64,000 bases of DNA from Podarcis filfolensis (GCA_964270895.1 OZ185439.1), one strand, 5' to 3'; positions 13,435-39,628 are shown, counted from the first letter of the stretch. The notes: generated from the letters alone by a model not told the origin. Numbers and translations: made by a program.

Positions 13435-13799
13435 TGATGGTAGTTATTCCGTTACAATTTTCACCTGCTACTCCATTTTCTCTCACAGGCTCAATGCATA
13501 GGCACTGTTTATGGGCAAAGACCTGCTTCTAGCATAAAATTTTGTTGTGTAGCTAATCACTCAACAATGGAGGGTTGTTGAGTGGAATGGGAGAGCCTCA
13601 CACTATATGAAAGACCCTTAGATGTCTTGCAGTCCTATCCACAGTTGTTATCGTTCCTCTCCGTTTGTAATTATCATTGCTTTGTTTTTGCACTGAAACC
13701 CCGCCCTTTCCATTAGGATTTTAGCACAACCTTCTAATCCCAATGGCCTACTGTAATTAACCCTAAATACATGTACCTGAAATAACTGCTTATCTAAGC

Positions 13800-13940
13800 C
13801 TTGTCTCTGCTTCCCTCCCGTTTCTGTCATTGCCTATTTCTGGATTGTGAACCCCTTGGGGCAGGGACCTATCAGCTCCTTCTTGTTTTGTTGCAAAGCC
13901 TCATGAATGTGGATGGCACCATACTACCATTAATACAAAA
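13800..13940 (+). mobile_element. L2 LINE 3'-end fragment
   Basis: ctggattgtgaaccccttggggcagggacc...ttgcaaagcctcatgaatgtggatggcacc resembles L2 tails. Confidence 0.55.
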
Positions 13941-14084
13941 AAACCCCAACAATTTATATGAGTCGCCAAGTTGGTTCCTTTTATTTTATTTACACTGATA
14001 TGTTTTTTACTGCTGAAATTGTGCTGAACAAAATGGAGAACTGTTCTCCTCAGCTCTTGCCCACAAGACATAAACTGAACCTAC

Positions 14085-14250
14085 CTTTGGACTAGGGAGC
14101 GTATATCTTAATAGAGACAAAGCAAAGATACGACTACTCCCGCCCCCCGGGTGAGAATGATGCCTATCCAAGAACACCTAAAAACAGAATACTGGACTGC
14201 ACAACCTTCCGCCTCAACGCGACCATTTTTACACAAACTTCGCGGCGCAC
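14085..14250 (-). other. SCLY: Putative non-coding first exon of SCLY
   Basis: Strong donor AAG|GTAGGT at 14085/14084 on the edge of the CpG-rich promoter. The 5' boundary is a guess. Confidence 0.4.
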
Positions 14251-15500
14251 CTATTGGCTACTACGGCATAATTTCAGCTACGAACCAATCCGCGTCCTCC
14301 AACTCACCAGGTAGCTATTGGCTGCTGAGGCTGCTTAACACTCCAGCCACCGACAAATCAGATCCGCGCCACACAATTCGGACTGACAGTGGCAAGGCGG
14401 GTTGACGCGTAGTAGACGCAGGAGCCGGGGCATCCGCTGACTCTCTCTTCCCACTCTCACTATCATTAGTAATATGACGACAGTCTCCCGAAAGAGGGCA
14501 TTGGTCTATGGTCGAGTCTGGTACTGGTGTGGCTTCAGCTTCCGCCCAAGAAAGGCTATTAGTTTAATCGCGACCAGGCGGGTCGCCTCCTCAAGGACCA
14601 ATCAGCTTCCTCCTCCGCCAGTGCGTAATGGCGCTCAGCAAGGCACGGCTGCGTTAGTTAACCAATCGGTTGCCTCGCACTGACGATAACCTGCCTCCGA
14701 CCTTCCCCTTAAGAAGCAAGACCCCTTCGTCCATTTGCCTTGGCTTCGCTTACTGGTTCTGCTCACCTGACGGTAGTTGGCGACTGGGTCTTTTTTTTTT
14801 TTGCCGTCGTCGTTACTTGTTCGTCTATTTTTTCCCACAAGGAGGCCTCACAGGCCCGGTTTTCGCCTCAGCTGCAAAAACGGGACCATATATTAGCTAC
14901 CAACGCCCAGTTTATTTTTTCAAAGCAACTCGGTGAATGACAGTTGAGATCATAGAGACGTCGGCATGAGAGACCACCACAGGGGAAGGGTTGCTCGCGC
15001 TGCCCTTCCTCAAGATGGCGGCGGCGGCACCGCTTTCCCTTTTCCCGCTGCGTAGGGCTCGCTCGCTCGCTCGCTCTCACCAAGATGGCGAAGGATGGGC
15101 CGCGGGCTTTTAATTGACGCTTTACCTGTTCTGGCTGGTTCTGCTGATCGAAGGCAGGTCTTGGGGATAACGGGATAGGCGGGATTAGAGCCGGCCAGGC
15201 CGGGCTATTCAACGGTTGGCCGGCCGGGCAGGGGAAACGGCGCCTGGGCCTCAGGCGGCTTCGGCCTGGGAGTGGGGAGGAACTTGCCGGGGCTGAGAGG
15301 GAGGGCGGCAGGGCCCCACCCCCATCCGCCTCATGGCGCCTGTGGCGGCTTTCGCCTCATTGGCGTTATTTTCCAGGCAGGAATAAGTGCTGGCAACTGC
15401 CGTACGTGGAGTGCCTGGTCCCTGCCTTGCAGACGGGTAGTGGGGCGCGCAGGTGTTCTCTGGTGCTCTTGACAGCCCCGTGGTTTGAGGCGGTGCAGGG
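14150..15500. promoter_or_regulatory. CpG-rich, probably bidirectional promoter (SCLY / transposase-like ORF)
   Basis: High CpG density, at least six CCAAT/ATTGG boxes between ~14250 and ~14670, YY1 motifs CAAGATGGCG at ~15010 and ~15080, TGACG half-sites. Confidence 0.8.
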
Positions 15501-16731
15501 TTGGTCCGCTTGACAGGTTTTAGAAAGATCCCTTCCTTCTCGGTGGGCTGTTTTAATCCCCCCTGTTGACCTCCAGAACGTGATCCCCGGACGCTATGCT
15601 CTCAAGCCTCTTTGGTTTACTGCACTACCTGCGCTCATAGTTTCCAGGACCTAGAGCGGACTTGCATAAATCCCGTGATTGCATCGCCTTAAAGATCCAA
15701 GTTTTGAGCCCTTCAGTTGAGAATTTGCTTACAGTTTGAAAATAGGAAATTGCTTGAATGCTAAAACTTGGAAGCATCATTGTATATATGCTGACAGGTG
15801 CTATTTGTATTTATTTGCCTGTTTCCATTCTGGGATTCAGGTTTCCTTTAGAAAATACTGTTCCTTTTCAGATTGCAACACTATGCACATCTGGGAGGAA
15901 ATGCTGTAGTCAACTTGCTTGTGAATATATATGCATGAGGTTTCACTGACAGGAAGATTAATGTAATTATACCAGGGCACTTATTGCAGCAGTCAGCTAT
16001 GAAAAAGCAAGATTGAGGAAAAGGTACAGCTGCTTGGAACTGTTGCAGTGCAATCTGTTAAAGGCTACCTGTGTGACGGGAGAGCAGGCTCGAAATGTTG
16101 TAAATAAATATTTTAAGATTTGAAGGTAATTTGGCCACCATAGATTTCTGAGTTATAATGGACAGAATACAAGTATTAAGACTGCTTGTTGAGGTGATTT
16201 GTAGTTAATTGGAGAAACACCTGTGCCATTGCTAGAAGGCTTTTTGTGAATTTCCTAATAGGGTTTAATAGATGGTATCTAATGTTAATCATGCTCAAAG
16301 GAGACCCACTGAAATCAACGGACAAGTACTCTGGGTCTACCTTGTGTGATATTGCACTATATTTTTAAATATTAAAATATAAGAACATACTGAATTATAT
16401 GTGAATGATTTAGCTGTGCCAGTGACAGATCATGGGGGAAATTCAGACTGCAGCTAACATGAATAAAATACTTTATTGATGCTTTACTGCTTGACAAGTC
16501 AGTTTTGTTTTTCAGATAGGAGCTTACTTAGTCCAAATGGGTGGAACTAAGTAATGCTCTCTCCAGAAATTACTTGTCTATGTTGGCTGCAGTCCTGAAC
16601 ACTTTGACCACCTTGACTTACATATTCTTAGCTTCACATAATTAAGTTTTTATTTTCGTTCTTGTTGCTATTCTATTTCAGCTGTCTATCTCTTTATTTC
16701 AGCTTTTGGTATAAAAAGACACTGGAAAGGA

Positions 16732-17610
16732 ATGATGGCGGCTTTGGATACTAAAGCAAAAGCAAAAAAAACTCTGGGGACAGTTGATTATGTGGAGTCA
16801 TCAGAATTTGCCCAAGGAATTCTGCCTACCAAGAAGGATGTCATTCAAAACATGCTATATCTATTGCACCCAAAAAGGGCTGGGCAAGCCCAGCGATCCA
16901 AAGAAGATGCTGCCCAGTTGCTTGCTGAACTTCTGCAGGAGCACTGGTTGTTTTGCAATTTGTATACCATAGCAACACAAAGCATAAAGAAGCATATTCT
17001 TAAGGTGTATGAGGAATTTTCAAAATTATATCAGTCCAGAAAGCGAAGAAAAAATGAGTTGTTTACACAGAAAGCGGATGATTTCAACAGGAGTTCAGAG
17101 CAGCTTTTTGACATATTTTGTACAGACACAGGTACAAGAGAGAAATTGGAGCAATACAGTGGTGTGAAGATGACTGACATTGAGTGGAAATTTCTTGAAG
17201 ATCAGAGGAGTGAAAGAAAAATGTACTTTGAGGACTTCGTGGACAAGAAACAAATGGAAACAATAGAAAGACGAAGAAAAGTAGAATCACTGGAGCACTT
17301 CAGGAAGATTGCAGAAGAAGAGAAAGATGCATGTAAGCGTAAAGGAATGACTTCCAATAGAGATGAGCAGCCAGTTGAAGATGTCAGCAGTAGGAAGAAA
17401 GATGACCCCTGCCTTGGACGCAGCAAAGGAATTGGGAACTTTTCACATAAGGCAAAAAGAAAGCGCCTATCTTCTGGCTGGATTACTGGGACAGCATCTT
17501 CAACTAGCTATAGCGAGTCAGTTGCACCTGAATGTCAACATATACGTATGAGCATCAGAAAAGTCAGACCAGGGTTCTATGAGACTTTTGACAAATATGA
17601 AAACTGCTAG
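16732..17610 (+). CDS. 292-aa uncharacterised protein resembling the N-terminal domain of a DNA transposase; candidate domesticated gene
   Basis: Uninterrupted ORF preceded by acceptor tctttatttcag| at 16702. Motif order LPT..DVI / AA.LLA..L..HW / I.K.Y.EF..L / LFDIF / FLEDQR..RKM....VD recalls hATm/'cc8K15.2-like' transposase N-termini (from memory). Basic NLS-like clusters RKRRK and KAKRKR. Confidence 0.7.
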   Translation: MMAALDTKAKAKKTLGTVDYVESSEFAQGILPTKKDVIQNMLYLLHPKRAGQAQRSKEDAAQLLAELLQEHWLFCNLYTIATQSIKKHILKVYEEFSKLYQSRKRRKNELFTQKADDFNRSSEQLFDIFCTDTGTREKLEQYSGVKMTDIEWKFLEDQRSERKMYFEDFVDKKQMETIERRRKVESLEHFRKIAEEEKDACKRKGMTSNRDEQPVEDVSSRKKDDPCLGRSKGIGNFSHKAKRKRLSSGWITGTASSTSYSESVAPECQHIRMSIRKVRPGFYETFDKYENC

Positions 17611-20600
17611 CCCAACATTCAAAATCTGTTTCTGTTGAAGTTTTGGGAGGTCTTAATACCCTGACTAATTGGAAGTTGATGTAGATAATTTTGTTGGGCT
17701 CCATTAATGTACAGCGACACCACCAAAGCAATGGCACCAGTAGAAATGGGCTTTTAGCTTACTGAGAAAGTAAGATTTGTTTAGGCCTGTACTGATACTT
17801 TCACAAGATGAAAGTACTGTGTACTAAAAAGCTATAGTGTAGCAAAGGAAGACAGAAAAACCAATGTTTGGATGTTAAAGCAAACCAAATGCACAATAGT
17901 AGGTTATGTTATATAATAACAATTTAACCACTGGAACAGACTTCTTAGGAAGGTGGTGCATTCTCCATTTCATACAGTCTTCATGTTGGGCTGGACACTC
18001 CTAAAAAACATTTTGCTGAAATGTTGTATAGTGGCCCGAAATAGAAGTGTGAGGAGAAAATGCAGACTCTCCTGCAGGAGAGTCATATTATATAACCTGT
18101 TGCCCATTCCAACCTCTGTGTCTCCCAAGACTGGAAGACCATGTACAATTAAAATAAAAAATGGTAACTAGTGAGATGGCAGCTAAAAGGGGAACTTGGT
18201 TGTGGGGCTGTGTGTCACAATGCAGGATCTTTTTGAGACTCACAATAGACTGCTAACTTCCTGCCTGTTAAAACAGTAAGTAAGTAAGCACACCTGAAGG
18301 GAAAACAGTAATTGGCTCAATTATCTAAAAAGTACAGTAGTTGCCTGTAATGCCCACCCCCATACCTTGATAATACTTGTATTATACTTGATAATACTTG
18401 TATGGTCTTAAGAGACTGACCATATACAATTTGCCATTACTTCATTGAGACTTGAAGGGGTTCTGCGCCTTTCAGGACTAGGTGCTTGCAGGCAAAAGAA
18501 AATAGGTTTCCTCTGTTTGATCTTGCAGATATTTAGTTCCTAAAATACCTATACAGTTCTGAAAAGCAGCTTTTGAATAGATAGCATTGGCTCATGTGAG
18601 AAGAAAAAAAAAAGGGTCAGGAAATTTTAAAAATGGCTTTTGGTATAAATGTGGTGGTAACAACTATTTGTATATTTTCTGCATTCTTAGCAATTAAATA
18701 TCAGTGGTGAGAAATATATGTGGAAAAGTAGAATTTGTAATTGAAAATATTTGAGACATAAACATGTATAATGCACTGAACAGCATGGGGTTGGAACTGC
18801 CTTATGAATTATTTTAAAGGTGTTTAATTCTTCTTTTCCTTGAGTAAGGATTGCAAATGAATGCACTGCAATGTTTGCTACAGTGGAAGGACGTAGCTGC
18901 ACTGCAGTTATAATGAAACAGAAGCAAGTCCTTCCATCTTGAGAAATGTGTAGCTCTGCCTGCAGTGAGCATTGGTAGTACAGATTGCAGCCCTTTCAAA
19001 GCTAGGCAAAACTTCTGTTTTCCTCACTGGTTTTCCCCCAGCATACAGATGGCTAGTTTTCACAGTCTCAGATCCAAACATATTGTATGTATGATGGTCT
19101 GTGCATGTACTGTTACATTACATGACCTCTGGATCACATGGTGTATACACAGACATCCACATATGGAATTGCTGTAATCTTATCTCTGGAAAGTCACAAA
19201 CACCCGGCAACACACCCATACCCATGTTTCCCATCATGTTGGGAAGAGTATATTCCTCAGTACACTGCCCCATTGGCTGTATAGTAGTTAAATCCTAGAA
19301 ATCATGGGGTATTGGGAATGGTTTACAGATATATGTACATCACTTGATCTATCACCACCTAATGGTTCTTGGCTGAAGGTGTGAACTGTGCACCAAAATG
19401 CTGTGTGTTGGAATTAACGTTGGGCGATATAACTGGCCTGTTAAAGTTACCATAATATTCTTCTAAATTTTGCTCACATAATTTCCATAAATACAAGTAC
19501 TTCAGAATATTAAATGGTTACTTTTAGGCAAAGGGCACCTGTCTAGCCCAAAATCCTAATAACAAATTGCCATCATTCTGTTACCCTTTGCCAGAAATGG
19601 TTTTATTTCAACTGTTGCCTTTTTTCATATGGACCAAAAATGTAACTTTATGCAGCATTATATGCACGTTGTGTCAAGCTAAGGAACAATGATTTATTAC
19701 TACATCTGCCCTTGCTTATACATTTGATTTCCCATATGGGAAGTAGCCCCGCTCTAAAACCATGTCAAAAAGGCTGACTGGAGAGACGATTAATGCAATT
19801 AATTGTAATGTAATTGGGTGATGTGCATTATGTCAGTAATGCAAACAGTTTCACTGGATCTTTGAAGCAATAAAAGCACCCTTTTTTCGGGAAAACAAGT
19901 GAGCCATCACTAATGGTAGTGACAGTGCTTCCATTAAAATTTGTCTCCTTTAAAGTTTTTAGATGGATATTTCCAAATGTTTGCATTCAATAGTCATAGT
20001 TAATTTTGAAGTTGTGTTTCCATTCCCAGTCAAGATAAGTTAACCAAATGCCTATAATTATCATCCCTCATTGGTCCTAATATTAAATACCTCCCCAAAT
20101 TGCAATATATTTTCTGCACAGGCAAATTTTGAACCTTCGAATGAAGGAAATTGTCAGAATGAGATTCAGTCACTCTGAGTTTAATGTTTTAGGGATCAAA
20201 AATCTTTTTTGTTCCCTGGAAGGGGTAATTCAAATGATATATGTTCTGTAGCATACATACAAATGCCTCGCTCCATACATTGCAAAAAAGCAGCTAATTT
20301 TTCTTTTTCCATGTGTTCGTATTGATTGGTTAGGTTCATTTAAAACTCAAAGTAATGGGGGGGGGGGGGGAATATATGATTTAGTAGTAAGCGTGTGATT
20401 GTCGCATTACTGCTGAATTAATCCTACTTTTTTATTTTATTTTAAAAAGTACCAATAATCAGGCCCAGCGCTAAAGGTTTCTGGAATTTGTTGATGGCAG
20501 GCCGGCCAAAAGATCGTGTTGATTTTCTTGATAGACTGGTCATGTTCAAAAGAAGCAGCAAAAGAGAAAGTGTTGATTGTTTTTGCTTCTGAAAATTTTG

Positions 20601-22282
20601 ACATTTTGTGTTCTTTGATGACATAAAATGTCAGATGCTTCTGCATGTATAGGAGTGTCTGATTACCAAGACTGCATTTCTAAACAGACTAGTAAGCCTC
20701 TTGCTCTGCCTGAGGGTTTTTCATCAAATCCGTCCACTGTTGAGGCTTCTCTTCCTACTTTCATACTCGAATGACTTGATTTATTTACAATATATACTAT
20801 TTTCCAACAAGAGCTCCTAGAAGGAGAGCAATTAAATTATTCTCAAGCACATTCATGCAACACTTTCACCTGCGTCTTGTAGGCCTCAGTGGGCAGATGA
20901 TAGCTGCAGCTTCTGCTTTCAGAACTCTCGGTGGAGGTGCTGGGGGACCAGAACTATAAGAAGTCCTCTCCCCAGCCCTCTTGTTGCCGTTGCTGCCTAA
21001 CTTGGCTTAAACTGCACAGGGGAATAGCCCCACTGCCTTGAAAGTGTTGCCAAGCACCAGGCCTAGGTAACATAAGGTGTTAATGTCCTTGATCCTTGGC
21101 AGCAATAACGTTCTTTAACAACCACTTGGAAATCTACTTTGCTGCAAAATGTGGTGCCTTGCTTCTTGCAGCAGGAGATATCTTGTACCAAAGTCACAGT
21201 ATGCTTGTGGCTATCTATCGTCTTCCAGGTATAGCATGCTTCTGTTACCCAATAAAGTTTTAAAAAATTGAATCCTACATGGCTTGAGAAAAGCTCGCAA
21301 TGATCTGCTCAGAGACTTACAATTGGCTGTCTACATCATCTTGATGTGCACCATGGGAGTGGGGCTTTTTTTGGGGGGGGGGGAGTAGTGCCTAGAAAAA
21401 GATTGTTGGATGACCAAAACTTTTCAACAATAATTACAATTTTAGCTAGGAACCTTCTGCTGTAAGCATATGAATGACTATCTTTTGATCTCTTAGCTAA
21501 AACTGCAGCTGACTGTGGCTCCCATGGAGAATTCCATATACTCATTTGGAGCCTTTCCTCACAAATAGAAACATCAAGGGTGTGCATAAATACCAAGTCA
21601 AACCATTGGTTCTAGGATTTCAGATGGGAGTCTTAACTAGCCTTACCTGGAGATAACTGGGGATTAAACCTAGGAGCTTCTTTGCACAAAGCACAGTCTC
21701 CAATGCAAAAACTGGAGATGTGGCTGAATGCCTCACTCTATGGACACTGCTCTGTTCCTTGTCTTCAGGGGCATGTGATAGCATTGGCACCACTTTCTCC
21801 ACAGGTGGACTATGGAGCCAAACAGCCATACTGTGGTTTATCCTATCTCACTCACCTTGGCCCCCGTGATCTCCCCTTGGGAAATGCTGATTGGGGTGGG
21901 ACTAGGGCACTAAATGCGGCTGTCTGAAGGCACCCTACATTGTATGTTTCCTTTGGAGCTCCAGCCATCCAACAGGTACAGCGGCGGAAATCCGGCATGT
22001 CTCTGCTGCTGCCCATTGGCTTCAGACTTTAGGGGAATAGTAGAGGCACTCCCTTTTGTCCCTGACTTAATGCTGCACTTCACAGATGCTGTGCGAGATC
22101 TGGGGCAAGGCAAGAACACCTCTTGGGGCAGGGGCATGTTCTGGTGATTAGAAGAAAGAAAAAAGTGGGTGGCAGGAAGAGATGGCTCCACCCAACATAG
22201 GCTCAGACCCCAAATGACACTTGTGAGTCAGTGGCCCTCCATAGACATAAGCTTTCCCACCTACTATGTATGATTTTCAATA

Positions 22283-22508
22283 CAGTGGTACCTCAGGTTA
22301 AGAACTTAATTCGTTCTGGAGGTCTGTTCTTAACCTGAAACTGTTCTTAACCTGAAGCATCACTTTAGCTAGTGGGGCCTCCTGCTGCTGCTGCGCCACC
22401 GCTGCACGATTTCTGTTCTCATCCTGAAGCAAAGTTCTTAACCCGAGGTAATATTTCTGGGTTAGCAGAGTCTGTAACCTGAAGTGTATGTAACCCAAGG
22501 TACCACTA
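22283..22508. mobile_element. Tc1/mariner (Tigger/pogo-like) MITE
   Basis: TIR CAGTGGTACCTC, TA on both flanks; same family as 43633-43841 and 51635-51862. Confidence 0.85.
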
Positions 22509-22518
22509 TAGTAAAGAG

Positions 22519-22768
22519 CAGGGGTCAGCAAACTTTTTCAGCAGGGGGATGGTGCACTGTCCCTCAGACCTTGGGGTGGGCCGGACTATATTGGGGGGGG
22601 GGGAATGAACAAGTTCCTATGCCCCACAAATAACCCAGAAATGCATTTTAAATAAAAGCACACATTCTACTCATGTAAAAACACGCTAAGTCCTGGACCA
22701 CGCGCGGGCCAGATTTAGAAGGCGATTGGGCCAGATCCAGCCCCTGGGCTTTAGTTTGCCTACCCATG
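22519..22768. mobile_element. hAT-type MITE
   Basis: CAGGGGT...ACCCATG termini with exact 8-bp TSD GTAAAGAG. Confidence 0.9.
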
Positions 22769-24087
22769 GTAAAGAGAATAGGGGCAGACATAGAATTAGT
22801 TGGTTCTGGCTCCATCTCCACTTGGTCTCTCAGCTTTTTGCTCTGCCAGTTCCATGGGCCATGGAGAAGAAAAGGTGATTAAACGAGTATGACATTTTTA
22901 AAGGGGGAGGGTTTAAATTTGCCCCCCCCCAAAGTGACCACAGAGTAATTGGAGTTGTGTACCCCTATTTTACGTGACTATAAATAAGCCTTGTCCTTTT
23001 TTTAGCTTCATCCAGTAGGAAGAGTTCCATGCAGTTAAGAGATAATAGCTAGGTATCAAAGTTTATAAATCCTGCCACTGACAGCAATGTTTCAAGGTGC
23101 TTTGAAGCCAGTGGTATGCTTGGGAGTTTGCATGAGTTTTCATCTCTGAACTTGTTCTCCCAGATTTAGCATGTAAAAAGTAAACAAAGCCACCCACTGC
23201 TTGTAATTAACTGCTGCCAGCCATCCTGAATTACACTGGAGAACAATTAAGAGAAGTGTTTGGTTTCTAAAATAATTCTGGGAAGTCCATTGAAGTTTGG
23301 AAGGGTGGGGCAACCCACAGATCTTACTAGCAGCATAACCAGCAATCCTTAGCTACTTGCATAAATGATTTGGAGAAGCAACTCTTATTTGTGGACCTAA
23401 GGATTTCTTCCCTATCAATCTGCAATAAAGGATCCCTTGATTTGACTTAAAGATGGAAAATATTACGGGCTGCCAGCCAGTCAACAATGTACTTGTTTGC
23501 CTAGTAGAGCCATGTTCCACCAGAAAACTGATATCAGGCTCTCAATGGACCATATAATCTGGGTTTTCCCAAATTTCTGCAAATCAAGATCCACCCACAA
23601 TAATGCCAATCATGATCCAGTGGATTTCATGCTGGCTGCACCCGTGACATTGACCTGCTAGATTATATTAGGGCTGCATCCCAGATCACCCCAGATTCTC
23701 CCTTGCTCTAGACCCACCCAAGGGGTTCTTTAATTTGGAAATTGGAAATTGACAAATGTAACTATATCTTCTGACATAACATGAATCTATGGTTTATTAC
23801 TCAGGGTGGCTGTGTAATGGATTGTCGTCACCTTTGAATACATTGTACTGTGTTTTTTTTAAAGCACTAACATAGCCCCAACACTGAGCCAATAGAGCCC
23901 AATCCATGTCTTGTTTTGAAAAGTACCTCCCATAATCCTTCCATTTTCCAGTCCTGTAAGTGTGTGCAGATGGTGTAGGGTGGAGTGAAAATCTCTCAAG
24001 CATTTTCAGAAAACGAAGCAAGCCAAATAGACTTAATTGGAGATAGCTTCAGCTTCCCAGATCTATCAGAGGGTCATCACTGCGATT

Positions 24088-24240
24088 CTATTGGTTCACC
24101 AACAGGGTTCTTTGGTGGTGGTGGTTTTTCATTACACTCCCACTCCATGCTCCACAGACTGAGCATATAAAAAGCACAGGGAATTATAGAAAACAGGTTC
24201 GTGTGAAATACAGATACCAAATAACATCTCCTTTTGACAG
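24088..24240 (+). promoter_or_regulatory. AIRE: Putative AIRE core promoter and non-coding first exon
   Basis: ATTGG 24090-24094, TATAAAAA 24166-24173, donor CAG|GTGAGG at 24240/24241, acceptor ctgtctcag| at 24641 one base before the ATG. Confidence 0.55.
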
Positions 24241-24642
24241 GTGAGGCCAATAAGACCACCTTCCTCCTTTGTTTAGCAAAGACAGAGCAAGCAAAACAAA
24301 TCTAATCCGGATGTTCAGCAGTCATTGAAGAAGTGAAAGACAATGCGTAATAGAAAAGGAATGATATAAATATGAGTTTCTTTTTACAAGCTATACTTGC
24401 AAATCTGAATTTCCACAGGTAGGTGGTCTTGAGAGTGAGGTTTCTAAAATAAGCCAGGATCTGACTTGTACGGTCACTTCTACCCAAGATGCATGTTCCT
24501 TCACAGCATCTGCCATGACCCAAGAAAGTGTACATCAAAATTAAGGTATCTTTTAGTAAGGGTTAGCAGCTGCACCGTGACCAGAAATGGGCATGGAAGA
24601 TGGATGCTTCTAACAATCCTGTAAATGTTACCCTGTCTCAGG

Positions 24643-37840
<13,198 letters not shown>

Positions 37841-38604
37841 GACTCTGGATTTGGCAGTTTTGCTATTGTGTCAAACATGTTCCTATTGTCTCTTGCTGAA
37901 ACATTGGCACCCAAAACTACTTGCTTTCATGTAGTCTATATTACCGCAATGATATAGTTCTGTTAAATTGATACTTCTCTGCTCATCTCCAATTGAGAGA
38001 ATTGATATTTTCAGTCTGTACCTGAGTAGCTTATCGTAATCACCCATCAAATAATTGAGTGATGGGATAGTAATTGAATTGTAGTATATTCTTTTTTCCA
38101 CAGATTTTTTGATGAGGGCTTCAAAAGCAAAGTCCCTCTGAACATTCTTCCTGGACAAGTTCCATGCTTCCTTTGTCAATAAGATTACTTTATGCCATTC
38201 CTATAGTGTGCTACAGCCTAGATTTAACCAGAAGCTTTTCCCTATTACTCTGCAAATTAAATTATCAGACACTTTTGAGGTTCTACAGGAGCCATTGCTA
38301 TGGTTCCAGTTCTTAGGCAGCATGAAGAGGAAACTATGCAAAAACCATGTAACAAGCAGACAAAGCACAGCAGATTTTCCCAGATGCACTGAAATGTGGG
38401 GAATCCAAGCTGCCTAAGGGGGACATTATAGAACCAAAAGTATTCAAGAGGGCAGGGACTCAAACTGCCGTCAGCGCCAGCCAGCGTGGCGTGGCCAATT
38501 GTAAGGGATGATGGGGATTGCTGTCCTACAATATCCAAAAACCCACAGGTTACCAGCCATGTCTGGTATATAAGAAATCTTCTTCAGGCTTAAAAGTTTA
38601 TAAC

Positions 38605-38873
38605 TGCGAGAGGCCAAGTTACAGGGAGCCAGGCAGAGTGCCTTCTCGGTAGTGGCGCCCGCCCTGTGGAACGCCCTCCCATCAGATGTCAAAGCGATAA
38701 ACATCTACCTGACATTCAGTAGACATCTGAAGGCAGCCCTGTTCAGGGAAGTTTTTAATATGTGACATTTTAGTGTATCTTTCATCTTGTTGGAAGCCGC
38801 CCAGAGTGGCTGGGGAAACCCAGCCAGATGGGCGGGGTACAAATAATAAATTATTATTATTATTTATTATTAT
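38605..38873 (+). mobile_element. L2 LINE 3' fragment
   Basis: Near-identical to the 3' part of 36705-37073. Confidence 0.8.
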
Positions 38874-39628
38874 GAGTTTACTAATATGAATTAATATGTG
38901 TTGCTTATGATTATGTGATATTGTAGGTGTTTGTGGACTGCCCTTGAGTGAGTCTGCTTGTCCTTTATAGCTTGTCTCTCACGGCTACTAATGGCAGAGC
39001 ACCTTGTAGCAATTCATGTTATATGCTGAGTTAAAACATTAAAGGTGTCATGGCTGCTCCTAAATGATAAAATTGTTCTCCTGGAAGCTTTCCCAAAGTC
39101 AACTTGAAACAGTAAGAACCATTTGGGCTGCATTTGGAGGGTAAGGCGAAACTAGCAAATATTTTATTGCTTTCTAGTGCATGAATATCATGGACATTTT
39201 ATTGTAATATTGTTGTTTTTAACTTTCATTAGTTAGCTGGGGAATCGCCTTTGGGAGACGATGGGTTGCAATTTAAACAAATGAATCATTGCTTCTTAAT
39301 TAGCAAAATATGTAAAATGCATAGTTTTTGCCATACTTTACCAGTGAAATAGGAAATCCAACCTCTTTTAGAACTGGTTTACTAACCTGGACCAATAAAT
39401 CAGTGAATGGTAAAACGCTGCATGGAACATCTCTTCAGTTTATGGGAATACAGTTTGATAATAACTAAGACAGAACTAGAGATGAGGAGGAAGGAAACAA
39501 AATCACATCTTATGAAGATTGAAAAGAGCTCCAAGTAGTGAATTGGCAACAAAATGACAAGCGAGACTTAGTATTTCACAATTTTCCTTTTCTACAGGGG
39601 AGGGGTGGGTGGGAACCATCCCTTACGG

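Noticed and set aside
19400-20700. AT-rich non-repeat stretch checked as a possible decayed catalytic half of the transposase
   Set aside because: The frames I translated gave no recognisable transposase motif; a tBLASTn would be needed
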